From positions 1,600,001 through 1,664,000 of the forward strand of contig OZ244905.1 of the NCBI GenBank assembly GCA_965221695.1: DNA of 64,000 nt, read 5' to 3'. Of this stretch, positions 38,736 through 50,272 are shown one piece after another. The stretch is from Gammaproteobacteria bacterium. Lineage in GTDB: Bacteria > Pseudomonadota > Gammaproteobacteria > Eutrophobiales > Eutrophobiaceae. The position numbers were made by a program, and so were the translations under genes. The notes under the pieces were generated by a model. That model was given only the letters and a program-made list of their open reading frames with translations, was not told where the DNA came from and did not search any database. Within the stretch, counting starts at the first letter, position 1. The number at the start of each line of letters is the position of its first letter.

Positions 38736-40118
38736 TTGAGTCCTTATAGCTGCGTTACTGCAACGATCGTCGTGCTCGGGCTACTTGCCGGATTCGGTTG
38801 CGCTCCAGAGAATACGACAAAGGTCGCCGAGGCTCCCGCTAGCAAGTATCGAACGCTATCGGAGGGGGAGTACGAAGACAAGGTCGCAGGTGGCTGGTTG
38901 GGGCAGGCTATCGGCGTGCTCTACGGATTCCCGACGGAATTTCTTTGGCCGGGAGAAATGGCGCCATTCGGCTTCGATGACTGGTATCGGATGAAGCCGG
39001 AGATCTGGCTTGAGGAAGGTCTGACGGTCCTGGAGAAGGACGGCTATGTCGCAATGCTCGAAGCCAAGAAGAAGTACAAAAACGATATCAACAACTGGGA
39101 GACGTACACGCCCAGACAGATGCCCCCACAGGATGATCTGTATATCGAGTTCCTGTTCCTGCACTCCCTTCGGGCGTATGGTCTTGCCGTCTCGGCCGAA
39201 CAAATGGCCGCAGACTGGGTGAGCTATCTGGACCCCAATATGATTTGGGGCGCCAACCGGGTCGCTTATCAGAACTTCAAGAAAGGGATTCTGCCACCCC
39301 AGTCCGGTCATCCCGACAACAACCCGTTGAGCAACGCCATCGATTTCCAGATCGAATCTGACCTGTTCGGGCTTATCTCACCCGGTTTGCCCCGAGCCAG
39401 CAACGCACTGGGCGACAAGGCGGGCCACCTCATGAACTACGGGGATGGGGTCTATGCCGGTATGGCCATCGGGGCCATGTACGGCGAAGCATTCTTTGAG
39501 CGCGATCCACGCAAGCTGGTCGAGTACAGCTTGACGGTCATTCCGCGCGCAAGCGGCTATGCCGAGATGGTGCGAGATGTGATCGCTGCGCACGATGCAA
39601 ATCCCGACGATTGGCAGGCGGCATGGGAGGTCATCTTCGCGAAATGGGGGCAATACCTCGGATTGGATGTGCGGACAAACGGCGCCTGTGTCTACCTGGG
39701 ATTGCTCTACGGTGGCGGTGACTTCCTCAAGACGATGAACATCTCCATGCGCTGCGGTCTCGACAGCGACTGCAACCCGTCCAGCGCCGCCGGCATCATC
39801 GGCGCCACCCTGGGGATGTCCGGCATTCCGGATAAATGGGCCATGCTGAGGGAACTGCCCATCAGCAATGCGTCCCATCCCGGTATCTACCTGGGGGATA
39901 CACCCATCCGCAACGCATCGGCCTCCGGCACGGACGGACAGACACTGCGCGAGATTTATCCTGATCCGATCAACTGGGATGACATCATCGCCGCGACAGT
40001 GGAAGTCGGCCACAAGAACATCGTCGCCAACGGTGGACGGATCGAAGACGGCCTCATCCACATTCCGATCCAAACACCGAGTATCCCACCGTTTGAACAA
40101 GCGCCTGTTCCCGAATAG
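38736..40118 (+). CDS. ADP-ribosylglycohydrolase family protein, probable lipoprotein
   Basis: DKVAGGWLGQAIG...G.PTE, QDDLY, GLDSDCNPSSAAGIIG; signal peptide ending LAGFG-C. Confidence 0.8.
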   Translation: MSPYSCVTATIVVLGLLAGFGCAPENTTKVAEAPASKYRTLSEGEYEDKVAGGWLGQAIGVLYGFPTEFLWPGEMAPFGFDDWYRMKPEIWLEEGLTVLEKDGYVAMLEAKKKYKNDINNWETYTPRQMPPQDDLYIEFLFLHSLRAYGLAVSAEQMAADWVSYLDPNMIWGANRVAYQNFKKGILPPQSGHPDNNPLSNAIDFQIESDLFGLISPGLPRASNALGDKAGHLMNYGDGVYAGMAIGAMYGEAFFERDPRKLVEYSLTVIPRASGYAEMVRDVIAAHDANPDDWQAAWEVIFAKWGQYLGLDVRTNGACVYLGLLYGGGDFLKTMNISMRCGLDSDCNPSSAAGIIGATLGMSGIPDKWAMLRELPISNASHPGIYLGDTPIRNASASGTDGQTLREIYPDPINWDDIIAATVEVGHKNIVANGGRIEDGLIHIPIQTPSIPPFEQAPVPE

Positions 40119-40171
40119 GAAAGATAATTTCGGACCATCCTAATTCTATCCGAAAATTTGTTTCTATTGAG

Positions 40172-40330
40172 TTAAGGAACCTCTGATTAAGTCAGAGGTT
40201 CCTACGATACAAGGATGTATCGTCAATATCAATGACTGTAAGGCATTGATATTGTGAGGAAAACAAAAATCACATTTTTGTTTTCCGTACTCTGACAAGT
40301 CCAGGATGGACTTGTTCAGAGTTTCCTTAA
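40172..40330. mobile_element. MITE-like multi-hairpin element, family A (full-length, 159 bp)
   Basis: Terminal inverted repeats ttaaggaa...ttccttaa enclosing five consecutive hairpins; fragments recur throughout the window. Confidence 0.7.
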
Positions 40331-40359
40331 TTTACCATCGCAAAAGTGCAATCTGTAAT

Positions 40360-40396
40360 TTAAGGAAACTCTGAGACTTAATCAGAGGTTCCTTAA
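40360..40396. repeat. family A palindrome (minimal form)
   Basis: ttaaggaaactctga-gacttaa-tcagaggttccttaa. Confidence 0.85.
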
Positions 40397-40495
40397 GGCA
40401 GTTGGCAAAAACTGGTAAACTCATACAGTAGCATAACAGGATAATCCCTCGCCATTGAGGGGCAACGATAAGGTTATACAAAAAAGGAGAATAAA

Positions 40496-40699
40496 ATGAG
40501 TTACGTCGAAAAGCCGGATTGGCAAAAGTCTCTGGAACACCATGAAGAACTGTGCACAGAACGATATAAGTCCATACACAGGGACTTACAGTTCATAAGG
40601 GAAGACATGCGCGAAATGCGCACTGGTCAACGCTGGTTAATTGGCATAGTTTTGGCGTGGCCACCCTTGATCATCGCCGCCCTGCAGATGATCGCCTGA
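40496..40699 (+). CDS. small coiled-coil protein with C-terminal TM helix (XhlA/phage-like)
   Basis: AGGAGA RBS; HEELCTERY, coiled coil, WLIGIVL TM. Confidence 0.7.
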   Translation: MSYVEKPDWQKSLEHHEELCTERYKSIHRDLQFIREDMREMRTGQRWLIGIVLAWPPLIIAALQMIA

Positions 40700-40706
40700 T
40701 TACCAG

Positions 40707-41174
40707 TCATTGCTGCCGAACGGCGATACATTCAATCTCCACTTGTGCGCCGATTGCAAGTCCGTTGGCGCCGAACGCGCTCCTGGCAGGGTAGTGTTCA
40801 TCAAAATAGGTTTTGTAGACCTCATTGAAAGTCGCCCATTGGGAGATATCCGCGAGCATCACCAGGCACTTGACGAGATCGCTCATCGAATAGCCATGCG
40901 CCTCCAGGCTTGTTTTGATATTTTCCATTGTCTGCCGGGTCTCTGCTTCCAGGCCGCCGGGCGCAAGATTCATCGTGCCCGGGACGATGCCAACCTGTCC
41001 GGACAGGTACAGTGTGTCACCTACCCGGACCGCCTCGGACAACGGGATGTCGGTGGGGAAGACCTTACCTGAATTCAGATACTCCGCAGAACCTGCTTGA
41101 TCAGCCGACAACGGCGCGGCGATACTGCAGAAAATAACCGTAAATGTAATCAACATAGTGGTTGCTGTACGCAT
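40707..41174 (-). CDS. RidA/YjgF family protein with signal peptide
   Basis: LYLSGQ, FNEVY..YF, PARS, VEIECIA. Confidence 0.9.
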   Translation of the reverse strand: MRTATTMLITFTVIFCSIAAPLSADQAGSAEYLNSGKVFPTDIPLSEAVRVGDTLYLSGQVGIVPGTMNLAPGGLEAETRQTMENIKTSLEAHGYSMSDLVKCLVMLADISQWATFNEVYKTYFDEHYPARSAFGANGLAIGAQVEIECIAVRQQ

Positions 41175-41266
41175 AATTCATCTCTTATGTGTTGAAAGAA
41201 AATCTCTCCTGCAAACCAAAAGGCCACCAATATACACGCTTGAGGGCCTTTCCCCTGTGCCGGGTA

Positions 41267-43486
<2,220 letters not shown>

Positions 43487-43612
43487 TCAGTATAAGAAAC
43501 TACAGGTTCCCGCCGATCGGATTGGCATCGCGCTGCAATTAATAGAGAATCGGGGAGTTTCGATTGTTGGTCAATATACTGCGCTAACTGTTGCGCTATC
43601 GAGGTCAGCGGG

Positions 43613-44953
43613 CTAATCAATCGTATCAAGCGCCTTGCGAACGGTATCGAAGGTCTGTTCAAGCAGGTCCGGCGTGAAGGTCAAAAACGGTGAGAATGCC
43701 AGAGTATCCATGCTGTGGCGCACCATCAGACCCTGTTCAAAGCAACTGACATGGGCCTCCATGCCGCGCACGCCCGGCGCGCCGGGACGCGGGGCCATCT
43801 CAATGGCGCCCATCAGCCCGAAATTGCGGATGTCGATCACGTGCGGGGCATCGCGCAACGCATGCAGCGCATCTTCAAACAACGGTTCCAGTTCAGCGAC
43901 CTTGGAACCGATATCTTCCTCGCTATAACACTCCAGCGCCGCCAGGCCGGCAGCCGCGGCCACCGGATGTCCGGAATAGGTATAACCGTGGAAAAACTCG
44001 ATCGCGTGTTCAGGGCCGTTCATAAAACTCTGGTAGATGGCATCGCTGACCAGCACAGCGCCCATCGGAATTACCCCGTTGGTGATGCCCTTGGCGGTGG
44101 TGATGATGTCTGGCATCACGCCAAACCGCTGGCAGCCGAACGGTGTGCCGATGCGGTGAAACGCGGTAATCACCTCATCGAAGATCAACAGGATACCGTG
44201 GCGGGTGCAGATTTCCCGCAAACGCTGCAGGTAGCCCCGGGGCGGCGCCAGTACCCCGGCGGAACCGGCAACCGGTTCGACGATCACCGCGGCAATATTT
44301 TCCGCGTTGTGTAACGCAACAATTCGCTCCAGCTCATCAGCCAGGTGCAGACCCCACTCGGGTTCGCCCCTGCTGAACGCGTTATGTTCCAGGTCCAGCG
44401 TATGAGGGAGATGATCTACGTTCGGCAGCATCGCATTGCCGAACATCTTCCGGTTTCCCGGGATACCGCCGACCGACATCCCGCCAAAATTTACGCCGTG
44501 ATAGCCTCTTTCGCGGCCGATCAGCTTGATCCTGGTCCCTTCCCCGCGCACCCGGTGCCAGCCCAGCGCTATCTTCAACGCGGTATCGACGGCCTCCGAG
44601 CCGGAATTGGTGAAGAACACGTGGTCAAATCCATTGGGCGCGAAATGGATTAACTTTTCCGCCAGGTCGAACGCCCCGGTATGGCTCACCTGGAACGCCG
44701 CGGCATAATCCAGCCTGGCCACCTGTTCCTGCACTGCACTGACGATCCTGGGGTGGCAGTGTCCCAGACCGGTGCTCCACAATCCTGAGAAGGAATCCAG
44801 GACAACTTTCCCTTCTGCGGTCTTGTAATAAAAACCCTGGGCGGACTCGATGATGCGCGGGCGACTCTTGAAGGCGCGGTTGGCGGTATAAGGCAGCCAG
44901 AAGGGTTCAAGGTTCAATGTGTTACCGGCAACTGGCTTTACAATTTCGTCCAT
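43613..44953 (-). CDS. class III aminotransferase (omega-amino acid--pyruvate type)
   Basis: FWLPYTANRAFK, NSGSE, FDEVIT, TAKGITNG, HGYTYSGHP. Confidence 0.92.
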   Translation of the reverse strand: MDEIVKPVAGNTLNLEPFWLPYTANRAFKSRPRIIESAQGFYYKTAEGKVVLDSFSGLWSTGLGHCHPRIVSAVQEQVARLDYAAAFQVSHTGAFDLAEKLIHFAPNGFDHVFFTNSGSEAVDTALKIALGWHRVRGEGTRIKLIGRERGYHGVNFGGMSVGGIPGNRKMFGNAMLPNVDHLPHTLDLEHNAFSRGEPEWGLHLADELERIVALHNAENIAAVIVEPVAGSAGVLAPPRGYLQRLREICTRHGILLIFDEVITAFHRIGTPFGCQRFGVMPDIITTAKGITNGVIPMGAVLVSDAIYQSFMNGPEHAIEFFHGYTYSGHPVAAAAGLAALECYSEEDIGSKVAELEPLFEDALHALRDAPHVIDIRNFGLMGAIEMAPRPGAPGVRGMEAHVSCFEQGLMVRHSMDTLAFSPFLTFTPDLLEQTFDTVRKALDTID

Positions 44954-45195
44954 AGACGTATTTACCGGAAATAATCAGGCGATTACAGGTATTATACCCC
45001 TGACCGGGATATTGCGCCAGTTTGCCTGGCATATGACGATATTGATTATATGCGAACGGAGTTTATGAAAAGTTGAAAAATATGGTATGTGCGGAAATTG
45101 CACATACCACTCAACACGGCGCAATTCCGGGAAAAACTCAGATTCAAGCCGGTCAAATTGATACAACACGCCGTCGTGAAAGCATGGGTAACAAT

Positions 45196-45648
45196 ATGAG
45201 CAATAGTAATCTCGCGCAGCCAAGTAACATCCTTCAGCAGGCAGAACAATTCTGTGTGCGTCACAAGGAACGCCTCACAAAGCCAAGACTTGAGGTGCTG
45301 AAAATTATTGCTGCAAGCGCCAAACCTTTGGGCGCTTACGAAATATTGGAACAACTGGGAAATGTAATTCAATTCCCCAAGCCACCAACTGCTTATCGGG
45401 CCATAGAATTTTGGCAGCAAAAAGGATTTATTCATCGTATTGAAAGTCTTAATGCCTATGTTCTTTGCCACGCTGAACATCAGCACAGGGGTGGGCAATT
45501 CATGATCTGTGATGATTGCGGCGTAGTCATCGAAGCCCATATCTGCGACCTGCCGGAACCGCTAAAGCATAGCGCTGCCAATAATACCTTTACGCCATCA
45601 AGTTGGAATGTTGAGATTCATGGCCTGTGCGCCCAGTGCCAACCCTGA
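45196..45648 (+). CDS. Fur family regulator, Zur-like
   Basis: RLTKPR..VL, GAYEIL, PPTAYRAIEF, CDDC...EIHGLCAQC; start may be 45184. Confidence 0.88.
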   Translation: MSNSNLAQPSNILQQAEQFCVRHKERLTKPRLEVLKIIAASAKPLGAYEILEQLGNVIQFPKPPTAYRAIEFWQQKGFIHRIESLNAYVLCHAEHQHRGGQFMICDDCGVVIEAHICDLPEPLKHSAANNTFTPSSWNVEIHGLCAQCQP

Positions 45649-45652
45649 CAGA

Positions 45653-47113
45653 TCAGGTTCCGCAAAAGGTCTGGTGAACACGCTCACCAGGCTCAGGCGG
45701 GGTTTGATAAGGTTTCAGTAACGCTCGGTCTTTATACGGCTCTTCAAGCGCGGCCAACAAATCCGTAAAAGGCGTAAAGTCACCTCCATTTGCCGCTTCC
45801 AGGGCCTGCTCCACTTTATGATTGCGTGGGATGACGGCAGGATTGGCATTTCTCATCAGGCACAGAGATGATTCAAGTGGCTCGGGGTTTTTTCCAAGCC
45901 TGTGCTGCCATCTGAGATACCACTCGTTGAATGGCTCTTGCGCGTAGAGCTGGCCTGCTGGCTTGTCTGTTTGGCTTAGGTCACGAAACGTATTGGTGTA
46001 ATCGGCATGATTTTTCTGCATCCAGTCAAGCAGATCGGAAATAAGTTGTTCATCGCCTTTGTCTGAACCAAACAACCCAAGTTTGGAACGCATCATCGCC
46101 AACCATTTCCGCTGATATATCTGCGGGAATTGATTGATCGTCTCTTCAGCCATATTCACTGCTTTTTGCGTTTCATCATCCATGAATAACAAGAGTGTCT
46201 CGGCGAGCCTGGCAAGGTTCCATTGTGCGATCCCGGGCTGATTGGCATACGCATAACGACCCGCATGATCGATTGAACTGAAAACAGTCTGCGGGTCATA
46301 CACATCCATAAACGCGCAAGGCCCGTAATCAATAGTTTCACCGAACAGGGTCATGTTATCCGTATTCATAACCCCATGAATAAACCCAACCCGCATCCAA
46401 TGCACAATCAGGTCAACCTGCTTTTCCATCACGGCCTGAAGGAATGCCAAGGCCTTATTTTGACCCGCCGGCAGGTCGGGGTAATGACGCTGAATGGTAT
46501 AATCCATGATCGCTTCAACGGCTTTTTTGTCCTGCTGAGCGGCTGCGAACTCAAATGTTCCCACACGTATGTGAGAGCCGGCAACACGGGTTAAAATCGC
46601 ACCGGGCAAAATCGCTTCACGCATCACGGACTCACCTGTCGTCACCACGGCAAGGCTGCGCGTTGTCGGGATACCCAAATGGTGCATTGCCTCGGAAATA
46701 ACATACTCCCGCAGCATTGGCCCCAGCGCTGCTTTGCCATCGCCGCGCCGTGAATAAGGCGTTCGGCCTGCTCCCTTGAATTGAATGTCAAACCTGTCAC
46801 CATCCGGGGTGACATGTTCTCCCCAGACATGCGCGCGGCCATCGCCCAACATAGTAAAATGACCAAACTGATGCCCGGCATAGGCTTGTGCAAAAGATGT
46901 AGAAGCCCAAGGCAATCGATTCCCGGAAAACAGCTCCGCTTGCTCTTTGTCAGTCAAGTCAGAAAAATTCAGCCCCATTGACTCTGCAAGCGCACCATTC
47001 ACAATCACGATGTCCGGCGCAGCGACCGTATCTGGCCTTATCTCTGTAAAAAACTGCACCGGCAGCGTTGTATAGGTTGTATCAAAATGAAATCCGCAGT
47101 CTTTCATGAGCAT
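45653..47113 (-). CDS. selO: protein adenylyltransferase SelO (YdiU)
   Basis: YAGHQFG, LGDGRA, KGAG.TPYSRRGDG, HGVMNTDN, IDYGP, TFCGT end; start trimmed to ATG 47113. Confidence 0.93.
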   Translation of the reverse strand: MLMKDCGFHFDTTYTTLPVQFFTEIRPDTVAAPDIVIVNGALAESMGLNFSDLTDKEQAELFSGNRLPWASTSFAQAYAGHQFGHFTMLGDGRAHVWGEHVTPDGDRFDIQFKGAGRTPYSRRGDGKAALGPMLREYVISEAMHHLGIPTTRSLAVVTTGESVMREAILPGAILTRVAGSHIRVGTFEFAAAQQDKKAVEAIMDYTIQRHYPDLPAGQNKALAFLQAVMEKQVDLIVHWMRVGFIHGVMNTDNMTLFGETIDYGPCAFMDVYDPQTVFSSIDHAGRYAYANQPGIAQWNLARLAETLLLFMDDETQKAVNMAEETINQFPQIYQRKWLAMMRSKLGLFGSDKGDEQLISDLLDWMQKNHADYTNTFRDLSQTDKPAGQLYAQEPFNEWYLRWQHRLGKNPEPLESSLCLMRNANPAVIPRNHKVEQALEAANGGDFTPFTDLLAALEEPYKDRALLKPYQTPPEPGERVHQTFCGT

Positions 47114-47171
47114 ATGGAAGGTTGTAGTCAATGGCGGTGGAAAAGCGCCGCAAACCGAATAATATTGAATG

Positions 47172-49604
47172 TCAGATGAAAATGAAATAATCGTCCAGGA
47201 GAGGGGCCGTATAGTCTGCCAGAATGACATCGGACCAACCGTCCCCATCCAGGTCCACATAGGTGTCCGTTGATCCCTCCGGTACCCAGGAGCTGCCTTG
47301 GAAACCGGCTTCCCCGTAGCCTGACAGGACAATCCGGTCTCCTTGCCCCGGGTTGAAGTCGGCGATGGCATCATTGAACTCGCCCGTATCGCCGGGCTTG
47401 AACCAGAACTCATCAGCCTCTTGGCCGCCGACCAAATAGTCGGCGCCGGGCCCACCAACAAGGATGTCGTCCCCTATTCCGCCGTAAAGGGCATCGTCGC
47501 CGAGACCGCCATACAAGCGGTCATTACCGGCATCGCCGTTGAGATGATCATCGCCGCCGTCCGGCCCGCCGTAGAGCGTATCATCGCCGTCACGGCCGAA
47601 CAGTATGTTGTCACGTACATCACCCGCCAGGATGTCGTTGTGGTCAGAGCCGAAGAGATGTTCGATGTCGGGCAGGTTTGCTGTTTTCACACTGCCGTCG
47701 GCAGCGGTCCAACTTATCTCGACCCGACCGGCAAAGACATCGCCGGTGGCATCCCCGCCTTGCGCCACGTCACGGTGCAGACGCACGGTAACACCTGATG
47801 AGGAATCCAAATAGGCCGCATAGTCATCACCTAATCCGCCCGTTAGTCTATCCGCGCCCGGGCCACCAATCAGGATGTCGTCTTCATCGCCGCCGTCGAG
47901 GAGATCGTTCCCTTCATCGCCGCTTAGAATGTCATCACCCCATCCACCGTAGAGCTTATCGTTGCCGTTATGTCCGTAAATGAAGTTACCAACGAATAAT
48001 GAGTCGGTCCCCGTGAGCACGTCATCGTGCGCTGATCCCCAGATGTTTTCAATGCCGCCGCCCAGCGTGTCTCCGCTGGCATCACCGCCTCTGGCGATAC
48101 CGGTACCCAGGTTTATGGTGACGCCGGCCGGAGAGAACAGATAGGACACGGTATCGTCGCCGGAACCACCTAACAAGGTGTCCGCGCCCGGACCGCCGTC
48201 CAGGATGTCATCGCCATCTCCACCATCCAAGTGGTCATTACCATACCAGCCAAGAATGTGGTCGTCACCGGTCAGGCCGGCCAGATGGTCGTTGCCATCC
48301 GTACCTGTGAGCGAGTCATCGCCCGCGGTACCCGTAGTCGTTATCGTGCCAGGGTTAGCGCTGGGGTTACCGCCAGCAAAGATGAAGTGAGCCTCGTCCA
48401 GGCGGCCCGTATAGCCGTCAAGAACGATGTCATAATAGCCGTCTCCATCCAGATCCAACACCCGTGATCTCGAAAAGCCGGGGACTTGTGCGATCCAATT
48501 ATCAGGAACACCGGTAATGTTTCTGTAGGCGCTCACGTCAATCCGGTCTCCTTGCACCGGGTTGAAATCCAGGATCTTATCGGTGTAGTAAGAGGGCTCA
48601 TCACTGGGCTGGAACACAAACTTGTCAGCGCCAGCGCCGCCGGTCAGGATGTCATCGCCAGACTCGCCGACCAATAAGTTGTCGGCAGGGCCGCCTATCA
48701 GGATATCATCGCCTCCGCCGCCGTATATATTTTCAATTTCACCGAAGAAGATCAGATTCCAGGCGGCCGTCCCGTTAATAAAATCTATCGGCGCGTCATT
48801 GACGCTTCCCAGCCCTATGGCTATGCCTTCCTGTTCTTCAAAACCGAGAACATCTGGTGAATTACCAAGATACAGCGTGTCCACCCCGTCAGTGTCAACC
48901 AAGGTTACGGCGCTGGTCGGGAACCATCCCAACTGTTGATATAGATCAGTGTCCGGCACGTTGTGCGAGGTATATACAGTGTCCCCGGGGTTGATGCCGC
49001 CGGCTGGTTCCCCATAGAGTTCCCAGATGGCCGCTATATCATATAACATGGGTGATGCTGGGATGACGTCCAAGGCAAATTCGGCCGTGATGGGGTTGTC
49101 CGTTTCTTCACTGGCGTAAGACATGACGCTGAACAACCTGGCGTCCAAATCGTATTGTTTGCCCACGTTGTGGAGTCCCAAATCTCCGTTGTAGTCACCC
49201 GGGTGCCCCAGACCCAGGGCATGGCCAATCTCGTGGATGTAAGTGGTGAAAGAGTAGCTGTTTATGTCAGTTCCATACTCGACCAGCCAATCGGTTGATA
49301 CGTTGATGACAGACTGGATAATGATGCCGTTGTTGGTCGTTGAGTAGGCCCACGCGTCCGTTTCATGGTCTTGAAATAGGATATCGGCATCCTGACTGGC
49401 GATTTCCCGGAATGTGATGCCGGAGATTGTTGCCCAAGTGTCCAATGCCTCGCGGGCCAGGTATCTCCCTTCCCCGGTAAGGCCGGATAAGTTGACTGTG
49501 AGCATTTTATCCGGATCGAGGTCGAATATACGGCGTCCTGCTGCTCCCCAATATCCGTCCGTAAGTTGCCAGATAATGTCGTTATCGTCTTGCTGTGTAG
49601 ACAT
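47172..49604 (-). CDS. serralysin-like M10 metalloprotease with RTX Ca-binding repeats
   Basis: HEIGHALGLGH, Met-turn SVMSY, many GGxGxD nonapeptides; start placed at ATG 49604. Confidence 0.9.
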   Translation of the reverse strand: MSTQQDDNDIIWQLTDGYWGAAGRRIFDLDPDKMLTVNLSGLTGEGRYLAREALDTWATISGITFREIASQDADILFQDHETDAWAYSTTNNGIIIQSVINVSTDWLVEYGTDINSYSFTTYIHEIGHALGLGHPGDYNGDLGLHNVGKQYDLDARLFSVMSYASEETDNPITAEFALDVIPASPMLYDIAAIWELYGEPAGGINPGDTVYTSHNVPDTDLYQQLGWFPTSAVTLVDTDGVDTLYLGNSPDVLGFEEQEGIAIGLGSVNDAPIDFINGTAAWNLIFFGEIENIYGGGGDDILIGGPADNLLVGESGDDILTGGAGADKFVFQPSDEPSYYTDKILDFNPVQGDRIDVSAYRNITGVPDNWIAQVPGFSRSRVLDLDGDGYYDIVLDGYTGRLDEAHFIFAGGNPSANPGTITTTGTAGDDSLTGTDGNDHLAGLTGDDHILGWYGNDHLDGGDGDDILDGGPGADTLLGGSGDDTVSYLFSPAGVTINLGTGIARGGDASGDTLGGGIENIWGSAHDDVLTGTDSLFVGNFIYGHNGNDKLYGGWGDDILSGDEGNDLLDGGDEDDILIGGPGADRLTGGLGDDYAAYLDSSSGVTVRLHRDVAQGGDATGDVFAGRVEISWTAADGSVKTANLPDIEHLFGSDHNDILAGDVRDNILFGRDGDDTLYGGPDGGDDHLNGDAGNDRLYGGLGDDALYGGIGDDILVGGPGADYLVGGQEADEFWFKPGDTGEFNDAIADFNPGQGDRIVLSGYGEAGFQGSSWVPEGSTDTYVDLDGDGWSDVILADYTAPLLDDYFIFI

Positions 49605-49605
49605 A

Positions 49606-49690
49606 TTGAATTTGAGAGCAAAACAAAAATCGCATTTTTGTTTTACGTGCTCTGAACAAGTCAAGGATGGATTTGTTCAGAGCTTCCATA
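49606..49690. repeat. family A element, partial
   Basis: aaaacaaaaatcgcatttttgtttt...ctctgaacaagtcaaggatggatttgttcagagcttcc matches 40259-40326. Confidence 0.8.
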
Positions 49691-49754
49691 GTATTTCTTT
49701 GAAATTGGACTGTATTCTGACAGCATGGTTTTGTCCAATATATCCAAACAACTT

Positions 49755-49845
49755 TGGCGGAGAGAGAGGGATTCGAACCCTCGATGGGCTTTTAACCCAT
49801 ACTCCCTTAGCAGGGGAGCGCCTTCAGCCACTCGGCCACCTCTCC
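49755..49845 (-). tRNA. tRNA-Ser(GCT)
   Basis: Minus strand GGAGAGGTGGCCGAGTGGCTGAAGGCGCTCCCCTGCTAAGGGAG..., long variable arm, GTTCGAATC, CCA end. Confidence 0.97.
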
Positions 49846-49913
49846 GTTGGCGGGCCGGTCGGTAATACCGGCCCTGATGTGTGAGGGTCCCGGAACCCTA
49901 TGCGCGGTGTAGA

Positions 49914-50189
49914 TTACTTATCTTCATCGTGGTATTCCGGATCGCCGTCGTTGACTTCCAGACTGGCGTCTTCCTCCGATTCATCCATGTACTCCTGGGC
50001 AAGCTGGGCTTTCGCCTTCTTGACCTTTTCAAGTTGGATGCGCTCGTAGATTTCCTCCCGATGCACCGCAATTTCTTTGGGAGCGTTGACTCCGATGCGG
50101 ACCTGGTTGCCGCGTATTCCGAGTATGGTTACATTGACATCATCTCCAATCATCAGAGACTCGCCAATCCTACGTGTTAGTATCAACAT
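49914..50189 (-). CDS. csrA: carbon storage regulator with acidic C-terminal extension
   Basis: [11 protein letters not shown]...[19 protein letters not shown]. Confidence 0.97.
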   Translation of the reverse strand: MLILTRRIGESLMIGDDVNVTILGIRGNQVRIGVNAPKEIAVHREEIYERIQLEKVKKAKAQLAQEYMDESEEDASLEVNDGDPEYHDEDK

Positions 50190-50272
50190 CTTATTTTCTC
50201 CTATTATTCCCTAGGTATTAACTATATTAGCCTTTTTCGATGATAATTGCCTTATAAAATATTACGCGCCGA

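Noticed and set aside
45653-45670. Selenocysteine at the SelO C-terminus
   Set aside because: The end TFCGT-stop is a normal Cys-type terminus
47114-47461. N-terminal extension of SelO in the ORF track
   Set aside because: Overlaps the RTX protease gene in another frame; SelO similarity starts near 47113
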